A stretch of DNA of 42,563 nucleotides from Planctomycetota bacterium (GTDB lineage: Bacteria > Planctomycetota > UBA1135 > UBA2386), in NCBI GenBank assembly GCA_040375075.1, contig JBEITC010000002.1, positions 1 to 42,563 on the forward strand, in the 5' to 3' direction. Below the pieces are notes generated by a model. It did not search any database and had not been told where the DNA came from. It saw only the letters and a program-made list of their open reading frames with translations. Shown here one piece after another: positions 40,246 through 42,563 of this stretch (position 1 is the stretch's first letter; every line of letters begins with the position of its first letter). The position numbers and the translations under genes were made by a program.

Positions 40246-40455
40246 ATGACCTCTCCCAACGACAAGTCGTCGCAGGAAGACTTCCTGCAGGCCGCGAAGG
40301 GCAAGGAGCGCGGCATCGTCGCCGAGTTCATCGCCTTCATGGCCGAGAACAAGCTCTGGTGGATGACGCCGATCCTGATCGTCTTCGGCCTCGTCGGCGT
40401 GCTGCTGCTCCTGGGCGCCACCGGCTTCGCGCCGTTCATCTACACGATGTGGTGA
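40246..40455 (+). CDS. DUF5989 (SxtK-like) small membrane protein
   Basis: 69 aa with one TM helix ([22 protein letters not shown]). It lies 8 nt after the SxtJ-like gene, in the expected third position of the carbamoyltransferase triad. Confidence 0.6.
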   Translation: MTSPNDKSSQEDFLQAAKGKERGIVAEFIAFMAENKLWWMTPILIVFGLVGVLLLLGATGFAPFIYTMW

Positions 40456-40465
40456 TCTGCCCCAT

Positions 40466-40489
40466 GGCGGCGGGACTTGTCCCGTCGCC
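40466..40489 (+). terminator. Hairpin after the carbamoyltransferase triad
   Basis: GGCGGCGGGA, loop CTTG, TCCCGTCGCC forms a 10-bp stem with one G-U pair. It starts 10 nt after the stop. The downstream T content is weak (AGTCTCGATTC). Confidence 0.4.
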
Positions 40490-40582
40490 AGTCTCGATTC
40501 GGGCCGGACTTCGTCGGTCTGCGCGCCTCGGCCCCCGTCCCGGGTCGATACCTCCGTCGCCACACACACGACGGAGACAGCC

Positions 40583-41443
40583 ATGCGCGACCACGGGTTG
40601 GACACCTATCTGTCCGACATCAACGAAGTACCGCTCCTCAACGCCAAGCAGGAGATCGAGCTCGCCAACCGCATCCACCGCGGCGACCTGTCGGCGCGCG
40701 AGCACATGATCCGCGCCAACCTGCGGCTCGTGGTCTCGATCGCGAAGAACTACGTCAACCGCGGCCTCTCGTTCATGGACCTGATCGAGGAGGGCAACAT
40801 CGGCCTGATGCGCGCGGTCGAGAAGTTCGACCCGAAGGCAGGCTGCCGCTTCTCCACCTACGCCACGTGGTGGATCAAGCAGGGCATCCGCCGCGCGCTG
40901 GTCAACACGGTCAAGACCGTGCGCGTGCCCAGCTACATGGCCGAGATCGTCGCGCGTTGGAAGGCGACGGCGCTCGAACTGAGCTACAAGCTCGGCCGCC
41001 AGGCGCGGACGTCCGAGATCGCCGAGCAGCTCGGCATCCCGGAGGCCAACTGGGACGTCGTGCGCGAGACCGTGCAGGCGACCTCGCAGCCGACCATCTC
41101 GATGAGCGACGACCAGACGGCGGGCTTCGCCGAGTCGATCGAGGACACGAAGCAGCTGAGTCCGGAGGAGCAGACGCTCTCGGCGATGGAGATCGCCCGG
41201 CTGCGCGAACTGCTCGAAGGCCTCGACGTGCGCGAGAGCCGCATCCTCAAGCTCCGCTTCGGCATCGGCACGGAGTCGCCGCTGACGCTCAAGGAGATCG
41301 GCAAGCGCTTCGGCCTGACCCGCGAGCGCGTGCGCCAGATGGAGCAGCAGGCGCTCGGCCGGCTGGCCGAGGTGCTCTCCCGCGAGTTCGGCGAGGAAGT
41401 GCGCTCCGAGGCGCCGCGCCGCCGCGTCACCGCCGGCTCGTGA
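40583..41443 (+). CDS. Sigma-70 family RNA polymerase sigma factor, compact RpoD-like
   Basis: 286 aa. Region 1.2/2 reads [23 protein letters not shown]...[62 protein letters not shown]. Region 4 reads [25 protein letters not shown]. Region 1.1 is absent. A GGAG lies upstream. Confidence 0.9.
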   Translation: MRDHGLDTYLSDINEVPLLNAKQEIELANRIHRGDLSAREHMIRANLRLVVSIAKNYVNRGLSFMDLIEEGNIGLMRAVEKFDPKAGCRFSTYATWWIKQGIRRALVNTVKTVRVPSYMAEIVARWKATALELSYKLGRQARTSEIAEQLGIPEANWDVVRETVQATSQPTISMSDDQTAGFAESIEDTKQLSPEEQTLSAMEIARLRELLEGLDVRESRILKLRFGIGTESPLTLKEIGKRFGLTRERVRQMEQQALGRLAEVLSREFGEEVRSEAPRRRVTAGS

Positions 41444-41474
41444 CGCGCCGCGTCGCCGGGCGTAGCGTGGTCGC

Positions 41475-42563
41475 ATGACCCTCGACGCCCGCGCCGACGG
41501 CGGCTCCGGCACGTCGCTCTACGTGCACGTGCCGTTCTGCGTCGTGAAGTGCGGCTACTGCGACTTCAACTCGTACGTCGTCGAGGAACGCTCGGTCCAC
41601 GACGTGTTCCTCGACGCGCTCGACGCCGAGCTGCGGTCGGCTTGGCGCTTCGACGCGCCGACCACGGTGTTCATCGGCGGCGGCACGCCGAGCCTGCTCG
41701 ATCCCGAGCGGCTGCGCCGGTTGTTCGACGTGATCGGCCGCCACGTGCCGCTGCGCGAGTGCGCCGAGGTCACGATGGAGGCCAATCCAGAGAGCGTCAC
41801 GCAGGAGAAGGCGGCGATCGCGCGGGAGGCCGGCGTCAATCGCATGAGCATGGGCGTGCAGACGTTCCATGCGCAGCATCTGCGCTTCCTCGATCGCGCG
41901 CACTCGGCGGAACGCGCCGAGGCGGCGTTCGCGGAACTGCGCGCCGCCGGCTGCGGCAACGTGAGCGTCGACCTGATGTTCGGCGTCCCAGGCGAGACGG
42001 TCGACGAGTGGCGATCCGACCTCGAGCGCGCGCTGGCGCTGCGGCCCGATCATCTGTCCTGCTACAACCTGACGTTCGAGCCGGGCACCAAGCTGCACCA
42101 CGCGATGGAGCAGGGCCGCGTCCAGCCCAACGACGAGGAGGCCGACCGCGCGATGTTCCTGCACACGCGCGAGCGCCTCGCCGCCGCCGGCTTCGATGCC
42201 TACGAGATCAGCAACTTCGCCGGCCGTGGCGGGCCATCCCGCCACAACGACCACTATTGGCGCCAGGGCGACTACGTCGGCGTCGGCCCCGGCGCGTCGA
42301 GCCACCGCCAAGGCGTGCGCTGGACCAACCTGAAGCCGGTCGAGTCGTGGGCGAAGGCCGCGCTCGCCGGGCTGCCGGCGGCAGGCAGCGCCGAGACGCT
42401 GCGGCCGCGTCAGCGGGCGGCGGAAGCGATCTGGCTCGGCCTGCGCCGGCGCGACGGCGTCGACCTCGCGTCGATCGGCGCGCGACTCGGCGTCGACGTC
42501 GAGCGCGCGTTCGGCGCGATCCGCGATCGCCACGTCGCCGCCGGGGCGCTGGCCCGCGACGGA
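41475..42563 (+). CDS. hemW: Radical SAM HemN-like protein / heme chaperone HemW, 3'-truncated by the window end
   Basis: My own translation from the ATG at 41475 gives MTLDARADGGSGTSLYVHVPFCVVKCGYCDFNSY (CxxxCxxC), then FIGGGTPSLL, MEANPESV, GVNRMSMGVQTF. The frame stays open to 42563. This ORF is not in the supplied track because it has no stop in the window. Confidence 0.85.
   Translation, partial: MTLDARADGGSGTSLYVHVPFCVVKCGYCDFNSYVVEERSVHDVFLDALDAELRSAWRFDAPTTVFIGGGTPSLLDPERLRRLFDVIGRHVPLRECAEVTMEANPESVTQEKAAIAREAGVNRMSMGVQTFHAQHLRFLDRAHSAERAEAAFAELRAAGCGNVSVDLMFGVPGETVDEWRSDLERALALRPDHLSCYNLTFEPGTKLHHAMEQGRVQPNDEEADRAMFLHTRERLAAAGFDAYEISNFAGRGGPSRHNDHYWRQGDYVGVGPGASSHRQGVRWTNLKPVESWAKAALAGLPAAGSAETLRPRQRAAEAIWLGLRRRDGVDLASIGARLGVDVERAFGAIRDRHVAAGALARDG

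Overview
Very GC-rich chromosomal window (roughly two-thirds to 70% G+C by eye, not computed) that looks origin-proximal. I call 36 protein-coding genes and see no rRNA, tRNA, CRISPR array, transposase or integrase. Left to right: (1) replication block on the minus strand, gyrB, a DUF721 gene, dnaN, a 604-bp spacer, then dnaA. recF is absent. (2) A minus-strand block that gathers all three bacillithiol genes: pyrF-bshC-bshB, then an 8 x 12-bp tandem repeat, an orphan parA, a degenerate histidine-kinase-like (GHKL) gene, a gap, then bshA and a NifS/IscS-like desulfurase. (3) pntAA-pntAB-pntB transhydrogenase on the plus strand. (4) An 811-aa secreted beta-propeller-like orphan protein. (5) An SNF2 helicase plus SWIM zinc-finger pair. 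(6) A 12-gene, 13-kb respiratory operon on the minus strand: Alternative Complex III actABCDEF, a small membrane protein, SCO1, and caa3 oxidase subunits II-I-III-IV. (7) An SGNH hydrolase divergent from a carbamoyltransferase-SxtJ-DUF5989(SxtK-like) triad. (8) A compact RpoD-like sigma factor and a 3'-truncated hemW. Many long ORFs in the supplied track are antisense or out-of-frame high-GC artefacts, and several real genes start well inside the listed ORF. Four-nucleotide GTGA/ATGA start-stop overlaps are common. The most unusual locus is the parA + pseudo-kinase pair with its upstream iteron-like repeat, sitting inside the bacillithiol cluster. The carbamoyltransferase module, the SNF2/SWIM pair, the non-canonical dnaN-dnaA spacer and the secreted orphan protein are secondary leads. 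All family assignments come from motif recognition by eye; no database search was run. The phylum cannot be fixed. Bacillithiol genes plus ACIII plus the SxtJ module fit Planctomycetota, Acidobacteriota or FCB-like lineages.
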